From assembly GCF_009914755.1 (NCBI RefSeq), contig NC_060928.1: 64,000 nt of DNA, one strand, 5' to 3'. The stretch comes from the human T2T-CHM13v2.0 reference genome, Homo sapiens. The position numbers and the translations under genes are program-made. The notes below the pieces were generated by a model. It did no database searches and was not told the origin of the DNA. It worked only from the letters and a program-made list of their open reading frames with translations. This document shows positions 30,857 through 44,920 of the stretch, piece after piece (position 1 is the first letter of the stretch; every line of letters begins with the position of its first letter).

Positions 30857-31432
30857 TTATATTTCAACCCCTGCCAAGATACGTGGTTTTGCAAACAGCA
30901 GTTAGACCTCTGGTGGTCAAGAGGATAAATTATATATTTATGTATAGTCTAAGAGTCATACATTTGAACACTTATTTCTCCACAATGGTTAATACTTTTT
31001 ATTAATGTAAGATAATACTATAATGACAATCATAATAAGGATGGAAATCAAAATTCATTGATACAATGAAAATCTTAAAGTGTCAGATATGTTTTCAGCA
31101 AGAAAACATAAGTAAAAATTTATTCTCTTAATCAATTCCCTTCAGACTCAAAGAAACCAAGAGACCAGTTTCAGAGAAAAACTGCCTGGATGGTCAAAGT
31201 ATGCTTCCATTATAGAATTTGGTCACATTATCTCATCTATTCAGTTAATTGATATCAAAAGAATTACCAAACTACTTCTCCAAACCTATAGCTTCCCAAG
31301 GGTATTGTTTGATCGAAATTTTTTTACATTTTCATTTAGTTATGTTGGCTTTTGTCTATTGTTTAAATTTATAAAGTAAGACTAATATATCATTCATCAT
31401 ACTTCGAAATACTGTACTACTCAAGAATTTTG

Positions 31433-31744
31433 GGTCAGGAACGGTGGCTCACGCCCATAATCCTAGCACTTTGGGAGGCCAAGGAGGGTGGACCACGAGG
31501 TCAGGAGATCGAGACCATCCTGGCTAACACGGTGAAACCCCGTCTCTACTAAAAATACAAAAAAATTAGCCGGGCGTGGTGGCGGGCACCTGTAGTCCCA
31601 GCATACTCAGAAGGCTGAGGCAGGAGAATGGTGTTAACCCGGGAGGCGGAGGTTGTGGTGAACCGAGATCACACCACTGCACTCCAGCCTGTGCGACAGA
31701 GCAAGACTCTTTCTCAAAAAAAAAAAAAAAAAAATTAAAAAAAA
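31433..31744 (+). mobile_element. AluY
   Basis: gagatcgagaccatcctggctaacacggtgaaacccc; TSD aagaattttg/aagaattctg. Confidence 0.95.
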
Positions 31745-33242
31745 AAGAATTCTGTATGAATTCAAAGGTAGTAAAGGAAAATGAATTAAAATGAGTGTAG
31801 TTTAGAACTTCCTAAGCCAAAAATAAAATGGCATATTACTTCTAACTTTAGGATTGTGCATAATATCACTTGGTTTCCTTTATAAAAGATGTCTGCCACC
31901 TATGTCTGAACAAGCTGTTTACAAAGCTATTCTCCCTATTCTTTGGAGTAATGGTCTATTCCTTAGCCTCCCTACCCTTCTACCCTTTCATCCCATAGAT
32001 CAAGTCACTCATCCAAATACTGCTTTGTTAATGTTTTCCTGACAGGGCTGTTCAATGATAATTTGTTACAAGGAAGCCCGTAAATGACTTTTAATTGTAG
32101 TAGCTACTATCCCATGCTATCATTTAAATCTCGATGGTTGTCGCTTCCTCCTCCTCACTCAGAAAAAATACAACATTTTCCCCTCTGAACATCTGCATTA
32201 GCACATAGTTTATGCTTTTCTGGGATAGGTTAAGTAAGTTACAAAATGCTAGTTTCTGGAATTATTATCTGATGTGAATTGGTCTGAGTAGGGAAAAAAT
32301 CCCTCTCTCTATAATCTCTCTAAGCATAATCTGTATATAAAAGACACAATGCACTTTAAATATGTGCCACAAAAAGATTGTGGTCTCATGTTATTAGAAA
32401 TAAAAGTCTTAGGATATATCTTCATAACTCTTCAACTATTTTAGTCAATTAAATAATGTTTAAGAAAATGCCAACATTATATTTGAACGGTTTATCACTC
32501 TGTATGGTGCAATAAATTCCATAGAAATGTTAAACTCTCCTCTATTGAGACTGAATACTGATTAAAAACATGAATACTAAACTTTTATCAAGTTTTTAGG
32601 TCAATTTGCTATTGATAAGACAGCCCCAAAAAAGTTGTATTGTTATGAGGTCAATTATATATGCTTATGACTACCTCACCAAATGATTAGCTTTTACATA
32701 CATGTGGTTGAAAGCTTTTTTTTAGTAAGGCACCAGCCATTCCATCACTTTAATGTCTGTCATAGAACCAGAATGATTGTCTTTTTCCTATTTGTCTGAT
32801 TTTACTAATTCATTGAACCATTTAAACTATGTACATATGTAGACATAGTTTTTAGCCTGCATACAAAGAAAAAATTTTAAAATAAAATAAATTAGAATGT
32901 ATTTTTCAGCTATGCATCAAAGAGTTATGACTAGTTAAGAAATAGTATTGACCATTTACCTGCTTAGAAACCCAACTAGCAAAAATGAAAAGTGCATCTA
33001 AATCCCTCTTCTCTGATGGAGGCAGAAGGAAATAATCAGTGGTTGACTACGCTGGTGGGGTTGTCTGGAAGAGCTGGGGGAAGGTGTCTTTCTCCCAAAG
33101 TAGCAGTCAAAGTACACAGAGTCAAGAACCAAATGGGAAGACACAAAGGAAACCAAATTCAAAGCAGTGAGGAGAGTCTGCATAGGTCCTCAAAAGCACA
33201 TTTTTTAAAAAATTGGAAGCCAAACCTTTTTAAATAATTAGA

Positions 33243-33693
33243 TTTCTTTCTTTTTTAAAAACATAGTTTTGGGGGGTACAGGTGGTTTTTCAATACATAG
33301 ATAAGTTTGATGATTTCTAAGATTTTGGTGCACCTGTCACCCAAGCAGTGTACATTCTACCCAATATGTAGTCTTTTATCCCTCACCCACTTTTCCACTC
33401 TTCCTCCCACCCCACGTTCCCAAGGTCCATTATATCATTCTTAAGCCTTTGCATCCTCATAGCTTAGTTCCCACTTATAAGTGAGAACATGCGATATTTG
33501 TTTTTTCCATTCCTCAGTTACTTCCCTTAGAATAACGGCCTCCAGCTCCAACCAACTCACCGCAAAGGACATTATTTAGTTCCTTTTTGTGGCTGAATAG
33601 TATTCCATGGTGTATATATACCACATTCTCTTCATCCACTTGTTGATTGATGGACACTTAGGTTGGTTTCATATTTTTGCAACTGCGAATTGT
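33243..33693 (-). mobile_element. L1PB-type 3' end
   Basis: gattttggtgcacctgtcacccaagcagtgtaca...cccacttataagtgagaacatgcgatatttg...tagtattccatggtgtatatatacc. Confidence 0.88.
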
Positions 33694-34866
33694 AAGAAGC
33701 CAATACTTTTGAGCCAATGAAACAAGAACAAAGATGATCAGCATTAGGTCAAGATGAAGCAAAGACTAGACCTGGACAATTGCACTGAACACATGTTCCT
33801 TGACTTACTTTTGTGTATCTGTGTGTGCTTCTGTTGAACTGAATGAAGGAGGGGTAAGACATATGTGAGCAATCACTAGGCAAGATCTGTGTGACTTAAT
33901 GCCTGAAATGCCAGGAAGCAATCATTTGCTAAAACAGAAATAAAGGCCAACTGCTAAACTCAAGTTGAATCAGAATAATTATCTGGAAGTAATAAAAATG
34001 GAAAGTAGAAGACTGAGTTTACAAATCTAGTAAAGAAGAATTTGATTTTGAAGCTATTTGTTGATATTGTGTTCAGCACCTAAGTCTGCAGGTTTTCTAT
34101 GTCAATCACCCAATCTGCTTTTCATCTGGAAAATGGAAGTAGGAATGGTTGATGCTGACTTACTTAAATTCAATCAGATTATGCAGTTGAATATGTGTAG
34201 TACTTCTAGAAACTTCTTGGCAGAACTGTACTTTTTGTAAGAAAAAATCTACCGGAGTTGTAGAGAAAAAAAAAAACCACAAATCACTTAAATTTAGTGA
34301 TAACATCATGGGCTTACCAACCAACAAAATTAGAATTCACTGAAACATGGACATTATTTTTTAATGTTCCTAAGACCCTACTTTCTGAGTGCACAATCAA
34401 AGACCAAAATGAAGAAGGCTAATGTCTGTTTTCTAAATAAGAATATTAGGATCAGATAAAAATATTTTATCTTAAAGATAAGACCAATGTTTCTATCACG
34501 TGTAGATAAAAACTAAAGCTATTGACCTGGAAATCTTCCATCAAGTCCTGAAACATTCTTAACTGTTAGATAAATACTCAGCATATAAAAAAATTAAAGA
34601 AACTTCATCAATGACAGAATATTTTTCCATTCTTAATCAATAGTATTTGACTACTACCAACTATTTCATAAACCGCTCAACAAATATTTACAGAGCATCT
34701 GCTATATTCTTAGCACAATATACTATAAGTATTAAGCCTAGTTCCTATCATCAAGTAACTTGCAGTTAGGAAGGAAAAATAGAAAGTCAACAAAGAAACA
34801 GAGAACAATTCAGTATTAAACTAAACATTGACACATGATTATGATTCTGTTAAGAAAAAAGAAGCA

Positions 34867-35440
34867 GGCCAGGCATGTGGCTCATGCGTATAATCCCAGT
34901 ACTTTGGGAGGCCAAGGTGAAAGGATCACTTGAGGCCCTGAACTCGAGACCAGCCTGGCCAACACGACAAAACCCCATCTCTACTGAAAATACAAAAAGT
35001 TAGCCAGGTGTGGTGGTACACACTTGCAATCCCAGCTACTCGGGAGGCTGAGGCACAAGAATCTCTCCTTGTGAATTTTTTCCTAAAATTCACAACTAAG
35101 AGAGTCTAGCATTTTCTAAAGGAACTTTCCTAAAATGACATAAGCAAAGGTAAATCACAAGGAAAGAAAAACTCAAAGGCACAGCAAGAGAGAAATAAGT
35201 AAATAAACTACAGTGCATCAAAAGATCATGTGTTCGACTTGAGAACTTTCTAAGCCTGTTTTGAACCTAAAACAAAATTTTTTTCTATAATTTTCTAACT
35301 CTCTGTTGCCTGGATAACTCCTACTGCCTGGATAACTGCCTACTCGGAAAGCAGAGGTTGCAGTGAGCTGAGATTGCGCCACTGCACTCCATCCTGGGCG
35401 ACAGAGCAACAATCTGTCCCAAAAAAGAAAAGAAAAGAAA
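34867..35440 (+). mobile_element. Alu (AluS-like) split by a ~280 bp non-Alu insert
   Basis: Alu runs 34867-~35063 (…gaggctgaggcacaagaatc) and resumes at ~35344 (tcggaaagcagaggttgcagtgag…) to an A-rich tail. Confidence 0.95.
35074..35323 (+). repeat. Local direct duplication (copy) of 36035-36285
   Basis: cctaaaattcac[a/g]actaagagagtctagc...ctctctgttgcctggataactccta occurs at both positions; about 9 substitutions by eye plus T-run length differences. Confidence 0.97.
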
Positions 35441-35629
35441 GCAACAACATACTGGCTGAAAATACGCATTTGAAAAGGGATGATAATGGAAAAGCAGAAG
35501 AGAAAGTGGAGGAGGAAGAGGAAGAGGAAGGCAATTTATAAAGTCATTACTATGTCCTAGGAACTAGGCTATAACTAATTAATGAATTGTTTACATCTAT
35601 TAGCATTTTTTTAAAAAACTCACACTAAT

Positions 35630-35870
35630 GATAATATATAATATTTATTGAAAGCCTTTGAGTGCCAAATATTTACAAGTGGTGACTCATCTAACTCTGA
35701 CAATAAATCCTATAAAAAAGGTATTACGGATTTTTTTTTTCTTCCATTTTAGAGATAAGGAAACTGAAGCAAGGAGATGTTAAATAATGTAACCAAGATT
35801 ACACAGATCATCACAGTACTAGGATTAAAACCAGAACAATCTGTCTAGAGAGCTTATTCTCTTATTCCTT
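35630..35870 (-). mobile_element. MIR SINE
   Basis: ccattttagagataaggaaactgaagc...ccaagattacacag. Confidence 0.75.
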
Positions 35871-36034
35871 TACAAATTTGGAAATGAACTCCAAATTAGG
35901 GCTGCCAGTGTACTTGTTTTTCCTCCATCCTCGTCAGAGTCTCTTACTTGGATTGTCTGGTAGCGCACCTATATCCTAAGCTGTCCTGTCTAGAGCCCAA
36001 AGGTGGATTAATCTGCTTCATTTTTTACTTTTCA

Positions 36035-36285
36035 AATTTTTTTTCCTAAAATTCACGACTAAGAGAGTCTAGCATTTTCTAAAGGAACTTTCCTAAAATG
36101 ACATAAGCAAAGGTAAAGCACAAGGAAAGAAAAATTCAAAGGCTCAGCAAGAGAGAAATAAGTAAATAAACTACAGCACATGAAAAGATCATATGTTTGA
36201 CTTGAGAACTTTCTAAGCCTGTTTTGAACCTAAAACAAAATTTTTTCTATAATTTTCTAACTCTCTGTTGCCTGGATAACTCCTA
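36035..36285 (+). repeat. Donor copy of the duplicated ~250 bp segment
   Basis: Same sequence as 35074-35323 but embedded in non-Alu flanks. Confidence 0.97.
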
Positions 36286-37759
36286 GTCGTTCTTTAGGAC
36301 TCAGGTTCAGTGATGTCCCTGGTCAACACACATCCAAATACACAAACACACCCCTCACCACTGTGGAGTCTGGGTCAAGTGCCTCCTCCTTTGAGTTTCC
36401 ACAGTACACTACATCTCCCTGTATTCGAGCACTTGTCAAACTTCAACATTAACTTGTATGTCTCCCTCATTTGAATGTAAATCTCTGAAGACATGGACTG
36501 TGATGCCCATTTAGTATCAAGGCAAACATCCCTAAATTTGTTAGTAATGCCTAAGAGCATCATTGTATTATTTTAAAAGTTTGAGAATTAATGTTAACAA
36601 TGATTCCAAGTCACAAATATGGATCTATTTATATTCAGTATACTATATTTTAGAAAGTATTTAATGTGTTTTGTAACTTGTGATTATTAAATTAATATTA
36701 AAACTTGTAACATGCATAATTAGGCAAGTCCTTAACAAACTGAGAATTCAACTATAATAAAATAATTCATTCCCTGAAAAGAGTCAAGATTTCAAGATTT
36801 TCTTGGGTCCGATGGTTGCTCAGATACAAGAGGCACTTTCTAAAAAGTTATCATGAAAGCTAATGTTTAGAATGTTGATTTCTACAAGTACATCTATAAA
36901 ACTATGGTGAAACTTTATTAATTAATAACCTAGAAAAATGTAGTGTTAAATTATCTGCACAGGGACTAGGCTGAAGTTTGCATTTGTATTATCCATATAT
37001 AATTACAGATATTAATAAATCAAAGTCTCCAGGGGAATTCGTAAATAAATTGAGGGAAGGGCTGATTGGCATTCATTTATCTTGCATCTCATTCTTGAAG
37101 AACATACTGAAGTTTCTATACATCTAGAGGCAGAGAAGGAGTTACAGGAAAAAAATTGGGTGAAAAAATAAGGCCTTAACAAAGCATACAGGCTGCATGG
37201 ATTGTTCAATATTAAACAGCTTTTCAAGTTGCAAGACAAGAATGAAGACTTTGTTGCTTTGTTCTGGATGACATGCTGACAGATAGCAGGCCTTTGATAG
37301 CTCAGTGGAGGACGAAGGTTTTTATATGCCTGTAGTAAGGACATTAACAAATTTGACAGTAGACAGCAGCTTGTACAAACTGCTGTGCTGATACCATTCT
37401 CTGTCCAAAGATGACAAGTAATGATCATGATGAAAATTAAGCAATAAGGGTGAAATCAATCAGGTTGGAAGGAATACTGAAAAACAGAATACAGATGGGG
37501 AGCTTCTTTGGATCTGAAATCTTTAGAATGACTAATATTTCAGGTTATTACCAACATGTAGAGTGTATGGGCCAAGTCCTTTTCTTTATCCCTCATTTCC
37601 TATTCTCTTATCCAGGCCAAAAGAGCCTGAAAATATTCAAGGCTCAATTTAGTAAAGGCTTATTTTTGGAAGACAATAGAGAATGCTTCAGAAATATGTT
37701 ACTCTAGATAGTTAAGGCTAGGCATGAACCATGAAATTAAGTTTAGTAAATGAACTGTG

Positions 37760-38640
37760 ACTAAATATAAACATCATATATGTGTATGATTGTGCTCATT
37801 ATATGTCAAGCACTTTTCTAAATCAAGAATTAAACAATATAGACAAGATCCCTGTTAAAGTTCACGTTCGGTTATAGAGATAGAAAATTAGTCAAGTGTA
37901 CACACAATTGAACAAACAAATGAAAACATATGCACACGGGTTTTCTTATGAAGGAGATAAAGTGATGAGTTGGGGCAACTGAGAGAGGTTGTAGTGAAGA
38001 GGCGATGAGGGAAGTCCCCTCAGAAGAGGTGTCATGTGAGCTGAGATCCGAAGAATGAGGATGATCAAGTCAAGGGAGGAGATGGGGCTTGAGGAAGGAA
38101 GTGGGAGCAGTGAACGTCCTGAACAGAAAGAAGGAAGAGAAGATGCAAAGGCCAAGATGGGCAAGGATTAGAAGAACAGAAAAAGGTCAATGTGACTAAA
38201 GCAAAGTGACCAAGAGGGGGTGCATCATGAGTGGAGGCTGAGGAGGAAAACAGGAGCCAGTTTATAGAGAAATTTGTGAAATAGATTTTTATTCTAAGGT
38301 TGATTGAAACCCAGAAATTGAAGGGAATGATTATATTTATGCTTTTTGAAAGGCCATCTTTCTTCTATCTGGAGAATGTACTATACAGGAAAAGAGTTAA
38401 AATAAGGAGTCCTGTTACAAGACTGTTTTAGTAGTTCTGATAAGAGTTGATGGCAATTTGAACAGAGATGGAAAGAAATAAATGAATTTGAGATGTAATT
38501 TGGAAGTAAGAAAAATAGGACTTGCTTGTGGATTGATGTTAGGGTGAGGCAAATGGAAAAATCAAGAATGTCTCTTAGGTCTCTGGCCTGAGCTATCGAG
38601 ATGGGAGATAAATGGAAGAAAAAAAATTGATTTGGGTGAG
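37760..38640 (-). mobile_element. L2 LINE fragment
   Basis: gggaagtcccctcagaagaggtgtcatgtgagctgagatccgaagaatgag and aggacttgcttgtggattgatgt motifs. Confidence 0.7.
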
Positions 38641-41339
38641 TACAATCTGGAATACCACACCATAACATCGATACAGAAGGCTGGGGAAATGTGTTTAATG
38701 CCACAATGTTCAGGATTCTTAGCTGAACCATATGGTCAAGTAAGAGCCAGGATGATGTAAGAGAAAAGTTCTATACTAACTAGCTCTCTGCTCTTGGTTA
38801 GACCAATTACATTGGAATTAGGTAAGTATGGATTTAGAAAAGACATTATGAGTAATCTAGTCTTGCTTTCCATTGATCATAGCAAGACCTTCTAATACAT
38901 TCAGTGGTTAGATGCTTGCTACTTCAGAAGTCAGCCACTCCATTTTAGGAAAACTTCAATTGTTAAAATTATTCTTAATATTGAATCAACATTCCATGCC
39001 ACTACCAACAGCAAGCTTAACCTCTCAACCACATAGCAACTCACTATGTGTGTATTCTCTTTATTGTTTCTGATATTTAAATTTCAATCCTAGCTCTAAC
39101 TGTACTCATACTACTCAATCTCTACATACAAAAAGAATTGAAATTGTAGATTTTGAATATTTGACTTTTGTAATCGCCTCAAACATTTTGATATTCTGTA
39201 ATTATAAATCCTAAATCCCTTTGTGACTCAGTTTCCCATTTATATGATTGGCAATATTCCAGATTGTTTAGGATTTATAAGAAAAAGTCATATTTGTGAT
39301 CATTTTCTTGTCTGTTGACTTACAGTTAGTAAGGATAAAATATATAACTGAGCAAAACAACTGAGCAAAAGTATTTATTTCCACTTGTCCATAAAGTTTT
39401 CCATCTTTCAAAATTTTGTTTTCAATTTGCCTTTTCTTATCTCTTTATTTCTTTTCCACTATCTTTTAGTTGGAGATTGAAAAGCACTAGAATTACATTG
39501 AGTTGTCCAATCTCCTGTTGAACCAGAAATCTAATGATGCTCATTTGTATTCCTTTTTTTCCTTCAAAGGTCTACATTAAAATTTTTGGTTATGTTTCAT
39601 TGTTAAACTTGAGAGTTTCAAAGATAAATTCCACTAGAATTATATGTTTTAAGAAAATTGAATGGTAGAAAAGGCTAAGGCAATATAGATGAATTAAAGG
39701 GTGTCTGGGCTGGTCTTGGTTGGCTTATTCATGATCTTTCAAATAAACATGCAGTGAGCTAAAATGGCTGTTAATAAAAAATAGGAATACTGGTATTTTA
39801 TGAGTTGCTTATTATAATTACATATTTAGAAGCTCTGAGACCCTGAGGTCATTGCACTATATTCTCACAAAGGGAACCAGAGTTCATGCCTCTTTCAATG
39901 AAAGCACTAACATTTCAACAGTTAAAGATTTCTGGTGGCTCATGGCTAAGTGGATTCAGAACTCTGAGCTTCAGTATATCTTCAGTGCTAATCTTAAAAC
40001 ACCAGAGGTAAAATCCTCTTTCGCTGTGTACAACTGGTTTTCCACAGGAACAGTATGTGCCACAAACAATTTCTTGTATTTACTATCTTAGAAGTAATCA
40101 CATAATGATAGATTCAATGACATTTGAAGGATAAATTCTCCTTGAAATACAGTTTCTTTAGGAAAATAGAATAAGAAGCAGGGATAGGAAAGTAAAATAA
40201 GGATTTGAGGGTCTCAGGTCATTCGTTTAGAAGCAAGCCTGATGCGCATTAAGCAAATGTTACGTACTCCAAATATTAAATGATAATTTAGGTTGGAGTA
40301 AGGGAGACTGCAGGTGGCCAGTCTACTCACATTTCAGACTGCTTTCTTGGTGACATAAATATTTCCAAGTAGATCATGAACCACCTTACAAAATATTCAA
40401 AGTAAATTGTGAGAAAAAAAGTGTAAAAATGGGATAGTTATCAACATTTACAATTTTTCAAGTAATTCTGCAAAAGGGAAGCCTTGTAAAGATTTCAGTC
40501 CCTCTTGGATCAGCAAGGTCCATCATGGTCTCTGTCCCTTCTTTCTCCTTCACCTCTGCCAATTTTGATCATGGCTGCTGTAGAAAGCTATGACTGCAAG
40601 CTTTCCTTTCTAGGATCTCTCCTTAAAGCGTCTGATCTTACGTGCTTTCCTTGCTTCTCTTCCCACCTATCAATTTCTATTTCTAGGCTAAACTAAGTGA
40701 GGAATTTAACAAGCAGCCAATCTTATTTTTATTCTTATCAGGAGTATAATACCTCTCTATTCAGCACTGGAAGTCCTGCCTTATTCCTTGAGGTCATGAC
40801 CCCACAAATCCCCCATTCTGATGGACTGTGTTTCATCTTAGCTCTCAGGAATAGTTTCTCCAGTGTTTCCCATTTATACATAACTCATAGGTATAAAATT
40901 ATAAATATAACCACAATTATTTGCAGATGCTCCTAACAAGGTATGGGGTTCATTTCTCTACCCCTTGAGCTTAGGCTAAACTTCTGACTTGCTTTGGCCA
41001 ATACAGTGTAACAGCGGCATTACTGGGTAAGTTTCCATACTAGAACTCAATATATTTTTGTGTGTTTTTGTTCCTGTTACTAATGAATCCTGCCATCATG
41101 TGCACAAGCTTAGGTTAGAGTGCTGGAGGATGAAAGACCTTATTGAAAAAGTCACAGGCATCCCAATTTTGCCAGCTGAGGCTATCATAAAGCCTGTGAC
41201 AACCTACCAGATGATCATGGATGTGTAAGCAAGCCCAGATGAAATAAGCTGAATTCAGCCCAGACCAGTAGAAGCACCCAGCTGAGCCCAGCTCAAATGG
41301 CTGATGTACAAAATTGTGAGCTAGAGAAAAGGCTCTTGA

Positions 41340-41760
41340 GGGCCTAGGAGCAATGACACCCCAGTAGCAACAAGCACCCCTTGAACACAGACATTGGTTT
41401 CTAATATGAATCTTCAATAAAAGAAGGCTCTTTGGGGATACGGCTGATTCTAGGACTGTGAGAAGGAATGTCTGAGATGATCCTGGAGTCTGGAGTCTGA
41501 TAGAAAGTTAGGAAGTACTCAAAATAACCAACAATGATGGGAGTATATTGAATGAACACAGGAGCCAACCAAAAGAACTCCCAAGAGCTAAAGCTGCAAT
41601 AACAAACTATTGGATTTTAACTCAAAATATAAAACAAATATCAACAAGCATATAATGTTATAAATGACTGAATAAATAAATAAATGGGGGGAAATAGATA
41701 CATTTCTCACGCGGGATAATTCCAAATGAAGTATGTAGATACTTTACCCTGTGTGTGATC
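41340..41760 (+). mobile_element. L1MC-type 3'UTR fragment (preceded by an MLT1 fragment ~40920-41330)
   Basis: agcaatgacaccccagtagcaacaagcac...ggctgattctaggactg...gatgatcctggag, the plus-strand counterpart of the motifs near 28200-28350. Confidence 0.65.
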
Positions 41761-42059
41761 CTGTGGACCACAATAATGCACAAGCCATATCCTTCTAGAT
41801 GTGTAATTCCTTCTATGTTTCCTAAGCTACAAGCCCTGCTGACATCTCCTCCAAAACATGTAAATCTATGTACTTCTCTCCATCTCATTAACTGCCAACT
41901 AGTACGAGCCATCACCAACCATCACATGAACGACTTCACAGCCTCTTGACAAGACCATTGACTTCCACTCTTACGCCAGCACAATCCATCACCCACAGCA
42001 GCCAAAGAGCTCATAACACTGCATAAAACAAATAAACATATTAGCCAACAAAACTGCTC

Positions 42060-42580
42060 CCAGTGCTATTTACAATAACAAAGCCATGGAATCAACCTAA
42101 GTGTCCATCAATGGATGATTGCATAAGGAAAATATGTGTGTGTGTGTGTGTGTGCATGTATGTATATACACATATATACATACATATTCATATAGCATGA
42201 AATATCACCCAGTCATAAAAAAGAATGAAATTGTATCTTTTGCAGCAACATAGATTGAACTGGAGGCTATTACCTTAAAATAAATAATTCAGAAAGTCAA
42301 ATACTGCACATTCTCATTTATAGGTGGGAGCTAATCAATGTGTACACATGGACATAGAGAGTTGAATAATAGACTTCAGGGACTCCAAAAGCTGGGAGGG
42401 TGAGAGGGAGAAGAAGTTGAGATATTACCAATTATGTACAATGTACATTATTTAGGTGATGACTAAGCTAAAAACCCCGACTTAACCACCACACAATGTA
42501 TCCATATAACAAAATTGTACTTGTGGCCCCTAAATCTATAAAAAATAACAACAAATATAAACAATAAAATAAATTTAAAA
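42060..42580 (+). mobile_element. L1PB4/L1MA-type 3' end inserted in an L2
   Basis: atggaatcaacctaagtgtccatcaatggat...aatgtacattatttaggtgatg...ttgtggcccctaaatctataaaaa. Confidence 0.85.
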
Positions 42581-42630
42581 CAAAAACAAAACTCTGCTTT
42601 CAAACTTAGAATAAAATTCAGACTTCATGA

Positions 42631-42964
<334 letters not shown>

Positions 42965-43640
42965 TGTCTGCCATTTTTCTACATACTATTTCCTTTTTCT
43001 TATCTGTTCCAGCCACTTTGGCCTTCGATCATCTTCAGCATACCAAACTCTTTCCCACCTTAGAGTTTTTGCATAACTTCTCTTTCTGACTACACTTCTT
43101 TCTCCCCTAGCTCTTTGCATAACTGGTTTCTTCTTGTCATTCACCTTAAATGCCCTCCTTGAGCACCTTTTCCAAAGTAACAGCCCCATCACTGCCTATC
43201 ATAGAACATTATTTTACTTTCTCATTCCTATGACTGTCCTAGGTTGGTACTGTCCTCAGCAGAATAGCTGCTCCTCCATGAGGTCACTCAGGACCCCAGG
43301 CCAATAGCTGCTCTGCTATCATCATGTGACTTCTAAAGTCACCCTAGGAGACCGCATCCTAATCATCCAAAAGGGTAAAGGGCCTGGAGAAACACATGGG
43401 ACAAGTTTTCATGGGCTAGGCCTGGAAGCAGCACACATCACTTCTACTCACATTCTAATTATGGGGGTAGTGGGCAGAGAACAAACAAAAATAAACACTA
43501 AGGAGGTTTTCAAGTAGCTCTGTGTGCAAAAAAGGGGTCTGATTTTTGGTAGAGAGCTAGTAATCTCTGACTCAGGAAAAATAGGTCTAGGTACTTGAAA
43601 CATACTTTGGAAACATTGCTGGCAATATTTGGGTAACTTA

Positions 43641-43994
<354 letters not shown>

Positions 43995-44269
43995 TTAAAA
44001 GTTCCAATCCAGAAATAAATTACGCATTACTTCCACTCACATTCTATTAATGAAAACTGGTCATATGGCTACACATGGATACAAGGGAGGCTGGGAAATG
44101 TAGTCCCTGACTGGGGAGCCTTCTTCCACTGACAACTCCACACCAGGGAAGGGGAATGAATTTTGTTGCACCACTAGCCTTCTCTACTATAGTTAAACTC
44201 CCCAAAACAGGGCCTATTTATTTCCAACATAGACCCGGTTGCTGGAATCTTTACTAAATAAACTGTTTT

Positions 44270-44920
44270 GAACACAGTATCTATCATCTTGCCTCCTGTT
44301 ACATTTGTACAAATCAAATTTTGCTTTAGAACGCAGGATGTACATATAAATATGTCACTTGCTTGCTTAAAATCCTTGAATGAATCCCAGTGCTCTTCAA
44401 GTAAAATGCAATCTCCTTACCATGGCCTACAATGTCCTATGGGTTCTACCTCCTGCTGACTCCTGCAACTTAAACTCCTACCATTTTCCATTCTTATTTC
44501 TGTGCTCTGACCACACTGAGCTCCTTTTAAGTTCTTGAGTGCTCTTTTCCCACTACCAGAACTTCCCATGTGTTATTCAAGAATGCTTTCCCCCAACTCT
44601 CCTCATGGTTAATTATTTTTTTGCTTCAAGCTTAAGCCCACTGGTCACAAGCTCTTCAGAAAGGCCTTCACTGGCCAGCTCTCTAATGGAGCCTTCCACG
44701 GCTCCTTTCCATTCCATCCCCTTGTTATTTTTTCACAGCAGATGTGTCAATCTGTAATAATATTGTTTGAAAGTCTCTTTGTTCACTGTCATTCTCCTTA
44801 CTTGAATATAATTTCCATGAAGGCAAGGAGCCCTTCTGTCTTATCACTATCATAACCCTATTGTTTAACGTTATGCCCAGCATTCAATAAATATCTGAGG
44901 AGTGAATGAATAAATGTATC
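44270..44920 (+). mobile_element. L2 3' fragment
   Basis: ttccatgaaggcaaggag...gcccagcattcaataaatatctgaggagtgaatgaataaatg terminus. Confidence 0.75.

Noticed and set aside
35074-36285. Paired ~250 bp direct repeats as LTRs of a small retroelement, or an assembly artefact
   Set aside because: No TG..CA termini, PBS or TSD, and the spacer is Alu plus MIR; ~4% divergence argues against an assembly duplication.
39346-39370. Tandem aactgagcaaaa x2
   Set aside because: Ordinary short slippage duplication.
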